A stretch of DNA of 54,784 nt from a virus (lineage: Duplodnaviria; Caudoviricetes), in IMG/VR virus record IMGVR_UViG_3300028384_000897, positions 1-54,784 of that record; one strand, written 5' to 3'. Shown here piece after piece: positions 8,891 to 18,253 of the stretch; the stretch's first letter is position 1, and the number at the start of each line of letters is the position of its first letter. The translations under genes were made by a program, and so were the position numbers. The notes under the pieces were generated by a model, which saw nothing but the letters and a program-made list of their open reading frames with translations, was not told where the DNA came from and ran no database searches.

Positions 8891-9103
8891 TTAATTAGAT
8901 TTGTTGTTTAAAACAACGGACTTACGTCTTGCCATTGCTTCATCAAATTGCTCTTTAGTAACTGTAGTCTTTGTTACGACTACTACTCGGTCTTCATAAA
9001 CGATCGCCTCTCTGGTTGTGTTACCTTTTTCGTAGACGATTTGTGCCGTTGGTGCACAAGCGGTAAATGCTAGGACACCCAATAAAATCATTAGCTTCTT
9101 CAT
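8891..9103 (-). CDS. Small lipoprotein
   Basis: MKKLMILLGVLAFTAC lipobox. Confidence 0.75.
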   Translation of the reverse strand: MKKLMILLGVLAFTACAPTAQIVYEKGNTTREAIVYEDRVVVVTKTTVTKEQFDEAMARRKSVVLNNKSN

Positions 9104-9212
9104 ATGCTTTGGGTTTTTAAATTGTTCCTCTATATTAATAAATAGGCTATATTTCTTGAACTTCTCTTAATATTGCCTTAATATATAATTAATATACGAA
9201 AAATATTGCAAT

Positions 9213-9240
9213 AAAAAAACCCCTCCGTTTCCGGAAGGGC
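9213..9240 (-). terminator. Rho-independent terminator of the chaperone operon
   Basis: CCCTTCCG-GAAA-CGGAGGGG-TTTTTTT. Confidence 0.9.
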
Positions 9241-9288
9241 TTGTCAAAAATGCGCGTGGCGACTTCGTCGGTTAGAGAGAAACGCCCC

Positions 9289-9462
9289 CTACCCTTTCAC
9301 TTCGTCCATGTTCGCTTTCTTGTAAGGAGTAATCAACTTCTTAATCTCACCTGCTGCTTTTCTAGCTCTTGCTTGAGAAGCTTTAGTAGTACCTTCGTTG
9401 TTCTCACTTAGGATTGCAAATTGTTCTGCAATCTCATCGAATAATTCTTGTTTTGCACTCAT
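9289..9462 (-). CDS. Histone H1-like (Hc1 family) small nucleoid protein, 57 aa
   Basis: Not in the ORF track. MSAKQELFDEI...TKASQARARKAAGEIKKLITPYKKA matches the KAAGTRARKA pattern of short Bacteroidota Hc1-like proteins. Confidence 0.75.
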   Translation of the reverse strand: MSAKQELFDEIAEQFAILSENNEGTTKASQARARKAAGEIKKLITPYKKANMDEVKG

Positions 9463-9478
9463 ATTAATTAATTAAAAT

Positions 9479-11116
9479 TTAACCTAACAGCATGCTAGGA
9501 TCTACTCCGCCTGCTTGCTTTTCTTTCTCTTTAACATTAGTTACTACTGCCTCTGTAATAAGTAAAGTACCTGCTACTGATGCAGCATTTTCTAATGCTA
9601 ATCTTGTAACTTTAGTAGGATCGATAATACCTGTTTTAAACATATTAACGAATTCCTCACTTCTTGGATTATAACCTTGCCAGAACTCTCCTGATTCTAT
9701 AATCTGTTCTTCTATCTCTCCAGACGAATCGTTACTTAAACCAGCATTCTCTAAAATCTTATAGAACGGTCTTTCTAAAGCTTCAATAACAATTTGATAC
9801 CCTGAAGATTTAGCTCCTGATAAATCGTTAAGTCTCTCTACTAGTACTTTAGAAGCATTAAGTAGAGCAATTCCTCCACCAGGAAGTATACCTTCTTGAA
9901 GGGCGGCTTTGGTTGCATGTAATGCATCATCAACTCTATCTTTCCTTTCTTTCATTTCAATCTCAGTATGACCTCCAACATGTACCATAGCTACACCTCC
10001 AATAAACTTAGCAAGTCTATTTTGAAGATTTTCTTTTTCAAAAGGAGAATTCGAATCGTCAATCTGATTTTTAATCTCTGATACTCTCTCTTCAATGGCT
10101 TCAGCAGAACCTTTAGCATCAATGATAGTTGTAGTATCCTTATTAACTGTTACCTTGTTAGCTTTACCTAACCAATCTGGTTGGAACTTATCTAACCTCA
10201 TTCCTTTTTCAGTAGATATAACTGTACCTCCGGTAAGAATAGCAATGTCATCTAACATAGCCTTCTTTCTATCACCAAACTCTGGTGCTTTTACAGCTGC
10301 TACTGGGAGTATGCCTCTCATCTTATTAACTACCATAGTAGAGAGTGCCTCTCCGTCGATATCATCTGCTATTACTAATAGTGATTTGTTCTGCTGAGAT
10401 ACTGCTTCTAAGATAGGAAGTAGCTCTTTAACAGAATTTAGTCTTTTGTCAGTAATTAGAATTAACGGATTTTGAAGAACAGCCGACATATTACTATTAT
10501 CGGTTACAAAATACGGAGACTTATAACCTCGGGAGAATTGGATACCTTCGACAGTCTCAAGGTACGTCTCACCTGTTTTAGATTCCTCTATCGTAACAAC
10601 TCCGTCCTGACCTACTTTATCCATTGCAGCAGAAATCAACTCACCTACTTCAGGGTCATTATTTGCCGATATAGTAGCAACTTGTTTAAGCTGTTCTTCA
10701 TCCGTAATATCTTTACTATTATCAGTTAAGAAGTTACTTACTTCTTTTACTGCTTCATCTATTCCTCTTTTAACATCCACAGCATTTTGGCCTTCTTTCA
10801 TAAAGTCAATACCTCTGTTAATTAATGCTTGAGCTAAAAGGGTTGATGTTGTTGTTCCGTCACCTGCTTCGTCAGCTGTTTTAATAGCAGCTTGTTTAAC
10901 GATCTGTGCACCTGTATTCTGTACGTTATTTTTTAATTGAATTGATTTAGCTACCGTAACTCCATCTTTTGTAGAGACTGGTAGGCCTGTATCTTGTTCA
11001 ATAATAACATTACGACCTGCCGGTCCTAAAGTAGCAGTTACAGCATCGGCTAACTTATCTACTCCGTCTGCTAGTTGATTTCTAGCGGCTGATGAAAATG
11101 TAATCTTCTTACTCAT
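9479..11116 (-). CDS. groEL: Chaperonin GroEL
   Basis: TLGPAGRNV, TKDGVTVAK, AGDGTTT, PGGG and GIIDPTKV motifs. Confidence 0.98.
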   Translation of the reverse strand: MSKKITFSSAARNQLADGVDKLADAVTATLGPAGRNVIIEQDTGLPVSTKDGVTVAKSIQLKNNVQNTGAQIVKQAAIKTADEAGDGTTTSTLLAQALINRGIDFMKEGQNAVDVKRGIDEAVKEVSNFLTDNSKDITDEEQLKQVATISANNDPEVGELISAAMDKVGQDGVVTIEESKTGETYLETVEGIQFSRGYKSPYFVTDNSNMSAVLQNPLILITDKRLNSVKELLPILEAVSQQNKSLLVIADDIDGEALSTMVVNKMRGILPVAAVKAPEFGDRKKAMLDDIAILTGGTVISTEKGMRLDKFQPDWLGKANKVTVNKDTTTIIDAKGSAEAIEERVSEIKNQIDDSNSPFEKENLQNRLAKFIGGVAMVHVGGHTEIEMKERKDRVDDALHATKAALQEGILPGGGIALLNASKVLVERLNDLSGAKSSGYQIVIEALERPFYKILENAGLSNDSSGEIEEQIIESGEFWQGYNPRSEEFVNMFKTGIIDPTKVTRLALENAASVAGTLLITEAVVTNVKEKEKQAGGVDPSMLLG

Positions 11117-11435
11117 AATCTAATTCTGTATTATCTGATTCTTTAACTACTGCTAAAATTTCTCTATCTTGGGCAATATAATACTCGTCACCTTCAAAGT
11201 CAATCCGTAGAGTACCAATTTTAGGTACTAAAACTACGTCTCCTACTTTACAGGATCTAACAGTGATTAATTGATTGTGTTCAGATAGTCGCCCTGGGCC
11301 AATTGCTAGGACTTCACCCATTTCAGGCTTTTCTTTCCCCATATCGGGGATAACGATCGAACCGTAAGTCTGCTCTCCTTCATCTATAGGTCGAAGCAGT
11401 ATCCGGTCATTTGTTGGTAATAACTTTTTAGTCAT
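11109..11435 (-). CDS. groES: Co-chaperonin GroES
   Basis: PTNDRIL, GIVIPD-like, GEVLAIGPG and KVGDVV motifs. Confidence 0.95.
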   Translation of the reverse strand: MTKKLLPTNDRILLRPIDEGEQTYGSIVIPDMGKEKPEMGEVLAIGPGRLSEHNQLITVRSCKVGDVVLVPKIGTLRIDFEGDEYYIAQDREILAVVKESDNTELDYE

Positions 11436-11483
11436 GTAACTTTTTATTTTAAATTAATATACGAAATAATATTAAAAGATCAA

Positions 11484-11975
11484 ACCCCAGAGCAGGTTTA
11501 TTTAGCTAATTTTCAAAGTTTTTGGCTCTGATCCTTTAGCAAAAGGGATAGTTATAACTAATAGTCCGTTTTTAAACTCAGCTGTTGCTTTACTTAAATT
11601 AAACTTACTATCGATTTTCCAACCTAAATTGAAAGAACGTTTAGCAATGCCTTTGTGTATAAAGACATCTTCAAGTTCCTCTTTTGGTCTTTCGTAATTT
11701 ACTCTGATTATGTTACCCTCGATAAGAATTTCGATATCCTCTTTAGAGATCCCTGTACAAGCTATGTCTATTCCTAGACCGTTGTCTCTCTCGTAAATAT
11801 CTACTGGGTGGGGTAATTTGGTGTCTGCCAGAGGCCTGTAAGCTCCGGCTTCTTGGAAAAAATTCCTAACTAAAATGTCGAACGGATTACGTTCATTAAT
11901 AAATGTATTCATATCATTAAAATTTGTGATGTCCTAAGATCATCGGTTATTAAAAAATTAAAAACGCTCTGGGGT
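11484..11975. repeat. 10-bp perfect inverted repeat flanking hsp20
   Basis: ACCCCAGAGC at 11484-11493 and GCTCTGGGGT at 11966-11975. Confidence 0.8.
11502..11912 (-). CDS. Small heat-shock protein Hsp20
   Basis: PVDIYE, HKGIAKRSF and AEFKNGLLVITIP alpha-crystallin motifs. Confidence 0.95.
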   Translation of the reverse strand: MNTFINERNPFDILVRNFFQEAGAYRPLADTKLPHPVDIYERDNGLGIDIACTGISKEDIEILIEGNIIRVNYERPKEELEDVFIHKGIAKRSFNLGWKIDSKFNLSKATAEFKNGLLVITIPFAKGSEPKTLKIS

Positions 11976-12010
11976 CGTCTTTCTTTATTATAAATATAGT
12001 CTTTTTCTAA

Positions 12011-14335
12011 TTAATGCCCATCTCTCCAATTGTTAGCTATCTCTGGTGGAGCTTTCAAAGTAACACCAGGTAGTTGAGTAGTAGTTTCCATAATCTCTTG
12101 AACATACGGAGCAAACATATCTGCATCCTTCTCATCAACGTTAATAATCAACTGGTCATGCACTTGAGCTTGAACACAAGCATCAATACCTAATTCTTTA
12201 GCCTTACGGTTTATCTTTAAAGCTGCTCTATTAACTACCGCTGCAGCTAAGGACTGAAGTTGGAAGTTCAAACAGTTATTAAGTCCGTTTCTATAATCTC
12301 TATAAACTTTGATTACTTGATCTCTTCCATATTGAGGTTCTAATTCTTTTCTAAACCTCCAGTCCATCATTCTTTCACCAAACTTCTCATATATCTTTTT
12401 AACTCTAGGTAAATGTCTTACTCTACCTACATAGTTTTTAATAAAGCCATGATCTTTAACTTGTTTACGAGAATCTTCTCTCCATTTAGCTAGACCCGGG
12501 AATCCATCTAAGTATCCTTTAATCAACTCTTCAGCAGTTTTTTGATCGACTCCCAAAGTCATTTTAAGAGCATAAGCCTCCATTCCGTAGGCAACCCCTA
12601 ACGAGTAGGCTTTAGCTTTATTTCTCTTAACAGGATCTAGCTTCTTTAGATAGTTATCAGCTTTTTTATCAGCAGATACTCCATCAATCTTCTCAGTTTG
12701 TATAGCGACATAAGAATAAAAATCCCAACCGTTATCAAAAATCTCTTGAAGTTTCTCATCACCAGATACTGATGCAAAGCAATGAGGTTCAAGAGATTCG
12801 TAATCAGCATCAATAACTTTTCTACCATTACCTGCAGTTAAGAAAGCACGTACTATATTAACGTACTTCATGATAACAGGAGCATCTTCACCTTCTTCTA
12901 AAGGTTTAGGTAGTTGCTGAGCATCACTACCGTATCTACCCGATACAGTACCGTTCTGCTTAAAGTAGAAGTAGTATTTACCGTCCTCTTGACGGTCTCT
13001 AAATCTATCTACATAAGTTGATTTAATCTTTAAAAGCTTATTGTAGACACGTAGATTCTCAGCCCAAGGATACTCTTTAGCTAAGTCTTTAACCATATCC
13101 ATATCAAACTTAGCTCTACCAGATTTAGTATTCGCACCTTTAACTTTAGGTTCAATACCCATATACTTAAACACAATTTCACCTAAGTGCTTCTTAGATT
13201 GAATATTGATATAATCACCATCGTTAGACTCCTTCCATAAGGACATAGATATCCTAGCACATTCTAGTTCATCAAGTACTTCTTTATTCCCAGTAAGTAA
13301 AAACTCTTTTACTGGAGAGTCATCTAATTCTTGTATATTCTTAGCAGTAAGTGAATACTTACCGGTCTTTTCAGATTTAGGTAAAGGTAAAGAATATCTC
13401 TGTACTAATCTTTGAGCAAAGTTACCTTTATGAGAACAAGGATATGCTTCAGTAGCAGTATCTACTACCCATGCTTTTACTTCCGGAAGAGCAAGTAATG
13501 ACTTCATCACTATCTCTTTGTTCTTAGCTTGATCTTCTACAATCTCAGAATGAATCTTATCTATAAGTTCCACATCTAAATCTACTCCGTAGGCTTCCAT
13601 AGGTACAGTTACCTCACGGTAGATAGGCATTACTTCTTCTTCGAAGAAAAAATCTTCGAGACCTTCCTGTCTAAGTTTATCAAGATATAGATTGCAGATT
13701 CGTAGAGTAAGATCGGTATCAGCACTAGCATATTTGCTAAGAATATCAAGGTCAGCTTTGTATATTTCAAAACTTTCTTTCGTAACGGATCCTCCATTTT
13801 TCTTTATACTTTCTTTTAGTTCAATTTGCTCCTGGTTAGCAGCTTCTTCTACGTTCAGGCCAAGAGCTTCCTGATTCATAATAGCAATAGACTTAAGCCC
13901 AAAAGGATTACCAAATCCAAATGCACCTTCCTCGTACACAGTATGTACAAGCAATCCTGTATCAACCCATACGTCGGGTAATAGGTCAATACCAAAATAA
14001 TTTTTTATAAACTGAACGTCAAATGAGGCATTATGGAAGACAAGTTTCTTACCTTTTAATGCTTTAAGTAAATTCTTAGATATAACTTCACTAGAAGTAC
14101 CATCGATAGTTTGAACTTCTAACTCTCCTTTTTCAAAGTTCCATACTAAAGTAGGAATATAGAATCCAATACCTTCATCACCAGATAGTGACCATCCTAC
14201 AATTTTATTCTTTCTAGGATTAAGACCAGAGGTCTCGGTATCGACTGCTATAACTTCTGACTCTTGAATGTGTTGAAACATTAATTTTAACGTCTCAGAG
14301 TCTTGGACGGTATAGTACTTTTTTTCTATATTCAT
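12011..14335 (-). CDS. polA: Family A DNA polymerase with 3'-5' exonuclease
   Basis: Exo motifs DTETSG, HNASFD and YASAD. Motif A DADYESLE, motif B RNKAKAYSLGVAYG, motif C QVHDQL. Confidence 0.95.
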   Translation of the reverse strand: MNIEKKYYTVQDSETLKLMFQHIQESEVIAVDTETSGLNPRKNKIVGWSLSGDEGIGFYIPTLVWNFEKGELEVQTIDGTSSEVISKNLLKALKGKKLVFHNASFDVQFIKNYFGIDLLPDVWVDTGLLVHTVYEEGAFGFGNPFGLKSIAIMNQEALGLNVEEAANQEQIELKESIKKNGGSVTKESFEIYKADLDILSKYASADTDLTLRICNLYLDKLRQEGLEDFFFEEEVMPIYREVTVPMEAYGVDLDVELIDKIHSEIVEDQAKNKEIVMKSLLALPEVKAWVVDTATEAYPCSHKGNFAQRLVQRYSLPLPKSEKTGKYSLTAKNIQELDDSPVKEFLLTGNKEVLDELECARISMSLWKESNDGDYINIQSKKHLGEIVFKYMGIEPKVKGANTKSGRAKFDMDMVKDLAKEYPWAENLRVYNKLLKIKSTYVDRFRDRQEDGKYYFYFKQNGTVSGRYGSDAQQLPKPLEEGEDAPVIMKYVNIVRAFLTAGNGRKVIDADYESLEPHCFASVSGDEKLQEIFDNGWDFYSYVAIQTEKIDGVSADKKADNYLKKLDPVKRNKAKAYSLGVAYGMEAYALKMTLGVDQKTAEELIKGYLDGFPGLAKWREDSRKQVKDHGFIKNYVGRVRHLPRVKKIYEKFGERMMDWRFRKELEPQYGRDQVIKVYRDYRNGLNNCLNFQLQSLAAAVVNRAALKINRKAKELGIDACVQAQVHDQLIINVDEKDADMFAPYVQEIMETTTQLPGVTLKAPPEIANNWRDGH

Positions 14336-14808
14336 TATCTATTTTTAGATTTATTGTAAGTAGGGAAGAATTCCTTGATAATTTTATTTTCAAAACTTTG
14401 AGTTACCTTCATAATTTCACCAGTAGGTCCATATTCGACTTCAGCAGGTATATAATAATATACGAAAACTTTTCTTTGACTCCAAAATCTTTTTGCAGCC
14501 TCAACATTAGTCTTACCAGCAGATTCGTTTCGAATACCAGAAGCATAATTTGCCCAACGTCTCATCCAACCATTCATTGCTGATCCAAAGTAGAAGTCTT
14601 GAAAATCATTATCATCAACAGTAATATATACCCCTTCTTCAGAGCAGTACTTAGCAAGTTCCTTTGAGTAAGGAGTAAATTTAAGATACTTCGCTCCTTT
14701 CTTTTCTGATTTTTCCTTGTCTTTAGTTATTTCTCCGACCTTAACAAAATCGTAGCGATCTAAAATTGTGTGTAATTTTTTACTACTTTGCGACCAGTAT
14801 TTACTCAT
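14335..14808 (-). CDS. GIY-YIG-like endonuclease
   Basis: GVY...YFG...RR and E...PTYN pattern. Confidence 0.6.
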   Translation of the reverse strand: MSKYWSQSSKKLHTILDRYDFVKVGEITKDKEKSEKKGAKYLKFTPYSKELAKYCSEEGVYITVDDNDFQDFYFGSAMNGWMRRWANYASGIRNESAGKTNVEAAKRFWSQRKVFVYYYIPAEVEYGPTGEIMKVTQSFENKIIKEFFPTYNKSKNR

Positions 14809-14843
14809 TTATAACCGTTTTATTTATACTTAAATATAAGAAA

Positions 14844-15419
14844 TTATTCGCTGGTTTCCAACTTATTTAGTATATCTTTTGCATCTATTTTTATATTATG
14901 GTCTTTTTCTAATTGAACGATAACTCCTTTCTTCATTGCTAGACTACCGTTAAAAAAATTCCATATTAAAGTAGAACGTATTTTATTAATGTCATTCTGA
15001 AGTTTCATACAGCTCTTTTCAAAAAGGACTTTATCTTCTTCTGCTACCTCGACTTCTATATTATTTTGAGATGCGTAGTTGAGTAGACCCATGTAGTCAT
15101 TACTTTCGTAATACTTCTTAACCTCATTAAACTCTTCAGGATCTCCACCTTTGTCTGGATGAGCTATAGTAGATGCTTTTCTGTATAGCTTTTTAACTTT
15201 AGTATCAATTTTGGGTTTTGATTTTTTTTCGTCCGGAGGTTCATTACTTATTTCTCCAGTTTCTTCATTTATCCAAACCTCTTGTTTAATGTTATTAAAA
15301 TATTCAGCAAATAGTTCTTTCCATTCGATTTCGTAATCTTCGAATTGCTCTTGAAATTCTTCAAGTTCTAATTTTAGGAACTCGTATTTGTGAGAATATT
15401 TTTTTAAGAATCTTGACAT
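14844..15419 (-). CDS. DnaJ-domain protein
   Basis: KKLYRKASTIAHPDKGGD (HPD motif). Confidence 0.85.
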   Translation of the reverse strand: MSRFLKKYSHKYEFLKLELEEFQEQFEDYEIEWKELFAEYFNNIKQEVWINEETGEISNEPPDEKKSKPKIDTKVKKLYRKASTIAHPDKGGDPEEFNEVKKYYESNDYMGLLNYASQNNIEVEVAEEDKVLFEKSCMKLQNDINKIRSTLIWNFFNGSLAMKKGVIVQLEKDHNIKIDAKDILNKLETSE

Positions 15420-15679
15420 TAGTATTCACCGTACAGATCAAATTTCATTGGTTCAGGTTCTTCAACTTGTACTTCGTGTTTCTTAATTGCATATAATTTA
15501 CCATCTAAAGGAGCTAATCTGTACTCACCTTTAAATTTAGTTCTACGCATGTACATGGTAAGAGCCATTACCAGCCCTTCGATAGTAGTTCCTTGATCAA
15601 TAGTCAATTCCCAATTATCTCCAGGCGGTACTCTTGTAGCTATTAGCTCTTTTTCCTCCTCAATGATGATCTCGGCCAT
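15419..15679 (-). CDS. Hypothetical protein
   Basis: Translationally coupled 86 aa ORF. Confidence 0.75.
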   Translation of the reverse strand: MAEIIIEEEKELIATRVPPGDNWELTIDQGTTIEGLVMALTMYMRRTKFKGEYRLAPLDGKLYAIKKHEVQVEEPEPMKFDLYGEY

Positions 15680-16590
15680 TACTGTCTTAGAGTTTTAGCG
15701 ATTCTATAATCCGTATCGGTAAAGAAATCTGGGATAAATCTTGAATGAGTAGCTCTAATAGGATTAATATCTAAGCCTCCTCTTCTAGTATATAAACAAG
15801 ATACCATAAGGTCTTCTGGTTGGTAAGCATCAGTCAAATGCTTAAACACCATTTCACAAATCTCTTCATGGAAATGACTTACAGTTCTATGAGATACAAT
15901 ATACTTAGCCACCGATTCAGGAGAAGGAATATTTTTTCCTTTCATTCTAATAAATACATCTCCCCAATCTGGTTGATTAGTAACTCTACAATTTGATCTT
16001 AATAAATTAGACCTTAACTTTACTTCTTTAGCTTCCTCTACTACAGTTTCAGTCTCTAATTGTGAAGCATCTGAAGAGAATGCGGTAAAATCGATTTGAT
16101 CTAAATCTGTAATATCAGCTAAATCTTGATAACCTTCGAATGATAATGCTTTACCGTCTTCTTCATCAGTATAGAAACTTACTGTCGTATCTGTTTCAAG
16201 TAACTTATCTAAATCGGCTTTTACTCTTTCTTCAATTTCTAAAATACACTCTACTGTATTATCTCCTAATCTAGTCATATTAAATGAATTTAAATACAGC
16301 TTAATAGACTTAGATTCTACGTGATATTCGGAATCTGAAGAACATACTATTTTTAACATACCCGCTACAGGTAATCCTTTAGTAGTAATTGCTGATACTT
16401 CGTAACAGTTCCAGGTATCTACACCTACAAAGTCTTTATTAGTTAACCCGTAACCTTCTCTATTTAAATAACGAGGTACTTTAACTAGCAACTCAGGAGC
16501 ATAGGTATCTTTATACCCATCTCCTCCTACTTTACCTAAATGCTTTGACGCAATGTCTACTACTTCTTGATAATTTTTTACTTCTGCCAT
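15679..16590 (-). CDS. queF: NADPH-dependent preQ0 reductase, bimodular QueF
   Basis: VESKSIKLYLNSF QueF motif, SNCRVTNQPDWG, FHEE, YTRRGGLDINP. Confidence 0.95.
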   Translation of the reverse strand: MAEVKNYQEVVDIASKHLGKVGGDGYKDTYAPELLVKVPRYLNREGYGLTNKDFVGVDTWNCYEVSAITTKGLPVAGMLKIVCSSDSEYHVESKSIKLYLNSFNMTRLGDNTVECILEIEERVKADLDKLLETDTTVSFYTDEEDGKALSFEGYQDLADITDLDQIDFTAFSSDASQLETETVVEEAKEVKLRSNLLRSNCRVTNQPDWGDVFIRMKGKNIPSPESVAKYIVSHRTVSHFHEEICEMVFKHLTDAYQPEDLMVSCLYTRRGGLDINPIRATHSRFIPDFFTDTDYRIAKTLRQ

Positions 16591-16593
16591 AAT

Positions 16594-16965
16594 TTATCCT
16601 TTAAATAATTGTTTTTTGCCACCTTCATAAACATATGCGTGACCGTTTTCTATTAATAGTTTATTTAAAGAGGTTTCTTCTCCGTCGATATCAATAAATA
16701 TTTCAGCAAGTACTCGACCATACTTACCTTTTCCGAAAGATTGAATAACAAATTTACCGTCATTCATTTCCATATATTTTTTAGTAAACTCAGAAGCAGC
16801 TATTCCTAACTTTTTTTCTTCTAAATTTCTTGTTCTCTTTTCCCAGGTATCTACACCTTTGAATCTTAATCTAGCTTTAGTCCAAACATCAAAACCTAAA
16901 TCGATCATAACGTCTGCAGTATCGCCGTCTACTACTCTAAGTAGTTTTGCTCCGTATCTATACAT
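16594..16965 (-). CDS. Thermonuclease (SNase-like) protein
   Basis: RVVDGDT..IDLGF, GKYGRVLA and GHA motifs. Confidence 0.85.
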   Translation of the reverse strand: MYRYGAKLLRVVDGDTADVMIDLGFDVWTKARLRFKGVDTWEKRTRNLEEKKLGIAASEFTKKYMEMNDGKFVIQSFGKGKYGRVLAEIFIDIDGEETSLNKLLIENGHAYVYEGGKKQLFKG

Positions 16966-17338
16966 TTTTACTTTTTAAATATTTAACTAAATAACTTGCT
17001 GTTTTGTAATTTGTAGCAAGTGGAATATTATGAACATCACAAAGTCTCATCAACATTGAAATGTCTACATCATGAGGATGTTTATCCAATGGATCTCTTA
17101 AAAATATAACTAGGTTAATTTTACCTTCTGTAACTTGGGCTGCTATTTGTGCATCTCCACCTAGAGGTCCTGATTGTACAGTTTCTACATTAGTTATACC
17201 TGCATGTTTTACATGCTTACCCGTCGTTCCTGTTGTTATAATCCTAACATCTTCTCTATTAAAAAACGGTAATCTTTTAGAAACAAAAGCTACCATTTCT
17301 GCTTTTTTATTATCGTGCGCTATTAATGCAATTTTCAT
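16958..17338 (-). CDS. mgsA: Methylglyoxal synthase
   Basis: IALIAHDNKK, TGTTG, SGPLGGDAQI, DPL..HPHDVD and LATN motifs. Confidence 0.95.
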   Translation of the reverse strand: MKIALIAHDNKKAEMVAFVSKRLPFFNREDVRIITTGTTGKHVKHAGITNVETVQSGPLGGDAQIAAQVTEGKINLVIFLRDPLDKHPHDVDISMLMRLCDVHNIPLATNYKTASYLVKYLKSKNV

Positions 17339-17691
17339 ACTGTATTCTTAAAAAAATGTATCGTCCAAGCTATTAATCCGTTAAGTTGTAGTGCTACTAA
17401 ATTCCACTGTCTTCTTGAAAAGACTTGTATCAGTACGCATATAAATCCTACAATAAAGAATACTGGTTCAACAGTCCATTGTCCGGCAATCAAAAATCCA
17501 GTACCCATATATCCTATACGAGAAGACATTCTCTCCATAGGAGTTAAACGTCTATCTCTAACCAATATCCTCAGTATACTATTAGTCCATGTTCTTTCGC
17601 AAGATCTACATGTCTTTTTTCTAGTACCGTCTTTTTTCTTTTTATACCTAAAATCAGGTTTGTTATACTTACAGACGTTGCATTTTCTCAT
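17335..17691 (-). CDS. Zn-finger plus membrane hypothetical protein
   Basis: CNVC...CRSC followed by hydrophobic helices. Confidence 0.7.
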   Translation of the reverse strand: MRKCNVCKYNKPDFRYKKKKDGTRKKTCRSCERTWTNSILRILVRDRRLTPMERMSSRIGYMGTGFLIAGQWTVEPVFFIVGFICVLIQVFSRRQWNLVALQLNGLIAWTIHFFKNTV

Positions 17692-18206
17692 TTAATAAAT
17701 TCCATTATCTGTTCTACCCTTTGCATCGGAGAACCAGTAATAGTCAAATAAGGTTGACGTACTCCTCCTAGTACAGCCTTAAACTCATCATCTACTTGTT
17801 TTCTCCATTCCTCATTAACACTTCTAACTCCATCATCTATCGAATCAAATTCAATAGGAAAGTACACATAATGAGTATATTCATTCTTAACTCTATTCCA
17901 AGTATCTTCAATATAGTTATATGCCTTTACAGATAATTTATCCATAAACTTAGAATATACGAGTAAATCCATATAACACCTATCTAGCACTAAGTTATAA
18001 GGTTGAAGTAAAGCTTCTAAATGAAAACTACTAATAGCTAACTGAGTAGCATCAGTACCTTCTTCATTAATAGGGAATCCATAACCGCCAACAGTTCTAG
18101 TAGACTCATTTACAAATTCATACTTAGGTAACTTATTTTTAAGTAATTCATAAACAGTAGTCTTACCTGTACTACTAGCTCCTACTAATGCTATTCTTGT
18201 TATCAT
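17688..18206 (-). CDS. P-loop nucleotide/nucleoside kinase-like (AAA_28/NadR-like)
   Basis: GASSTGKTT Walker A, LDR motif, DDGVR lid. Confidence 0.8.
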   Translation of the reverse strand: MITRIALVGASSTGKTTVYELLKNKLPKYEFVNESTRTVGGYGFPINEEGTDATQLAISSFHLEALLQPYNLVLDRCYMDLLVYSKFMDKLSVKAYNYIEDTWNRVKNEYTHYVYFPIEFDSIDDGVRSVNEEWRKQVDDEFKAVLGGVRQPYLTITGSPMQRVEQIMEFIK

Positions 18207-18253
18207 AAAACCTATTTTACTATAATATACGAATTATTATTCTACTTACAAAC

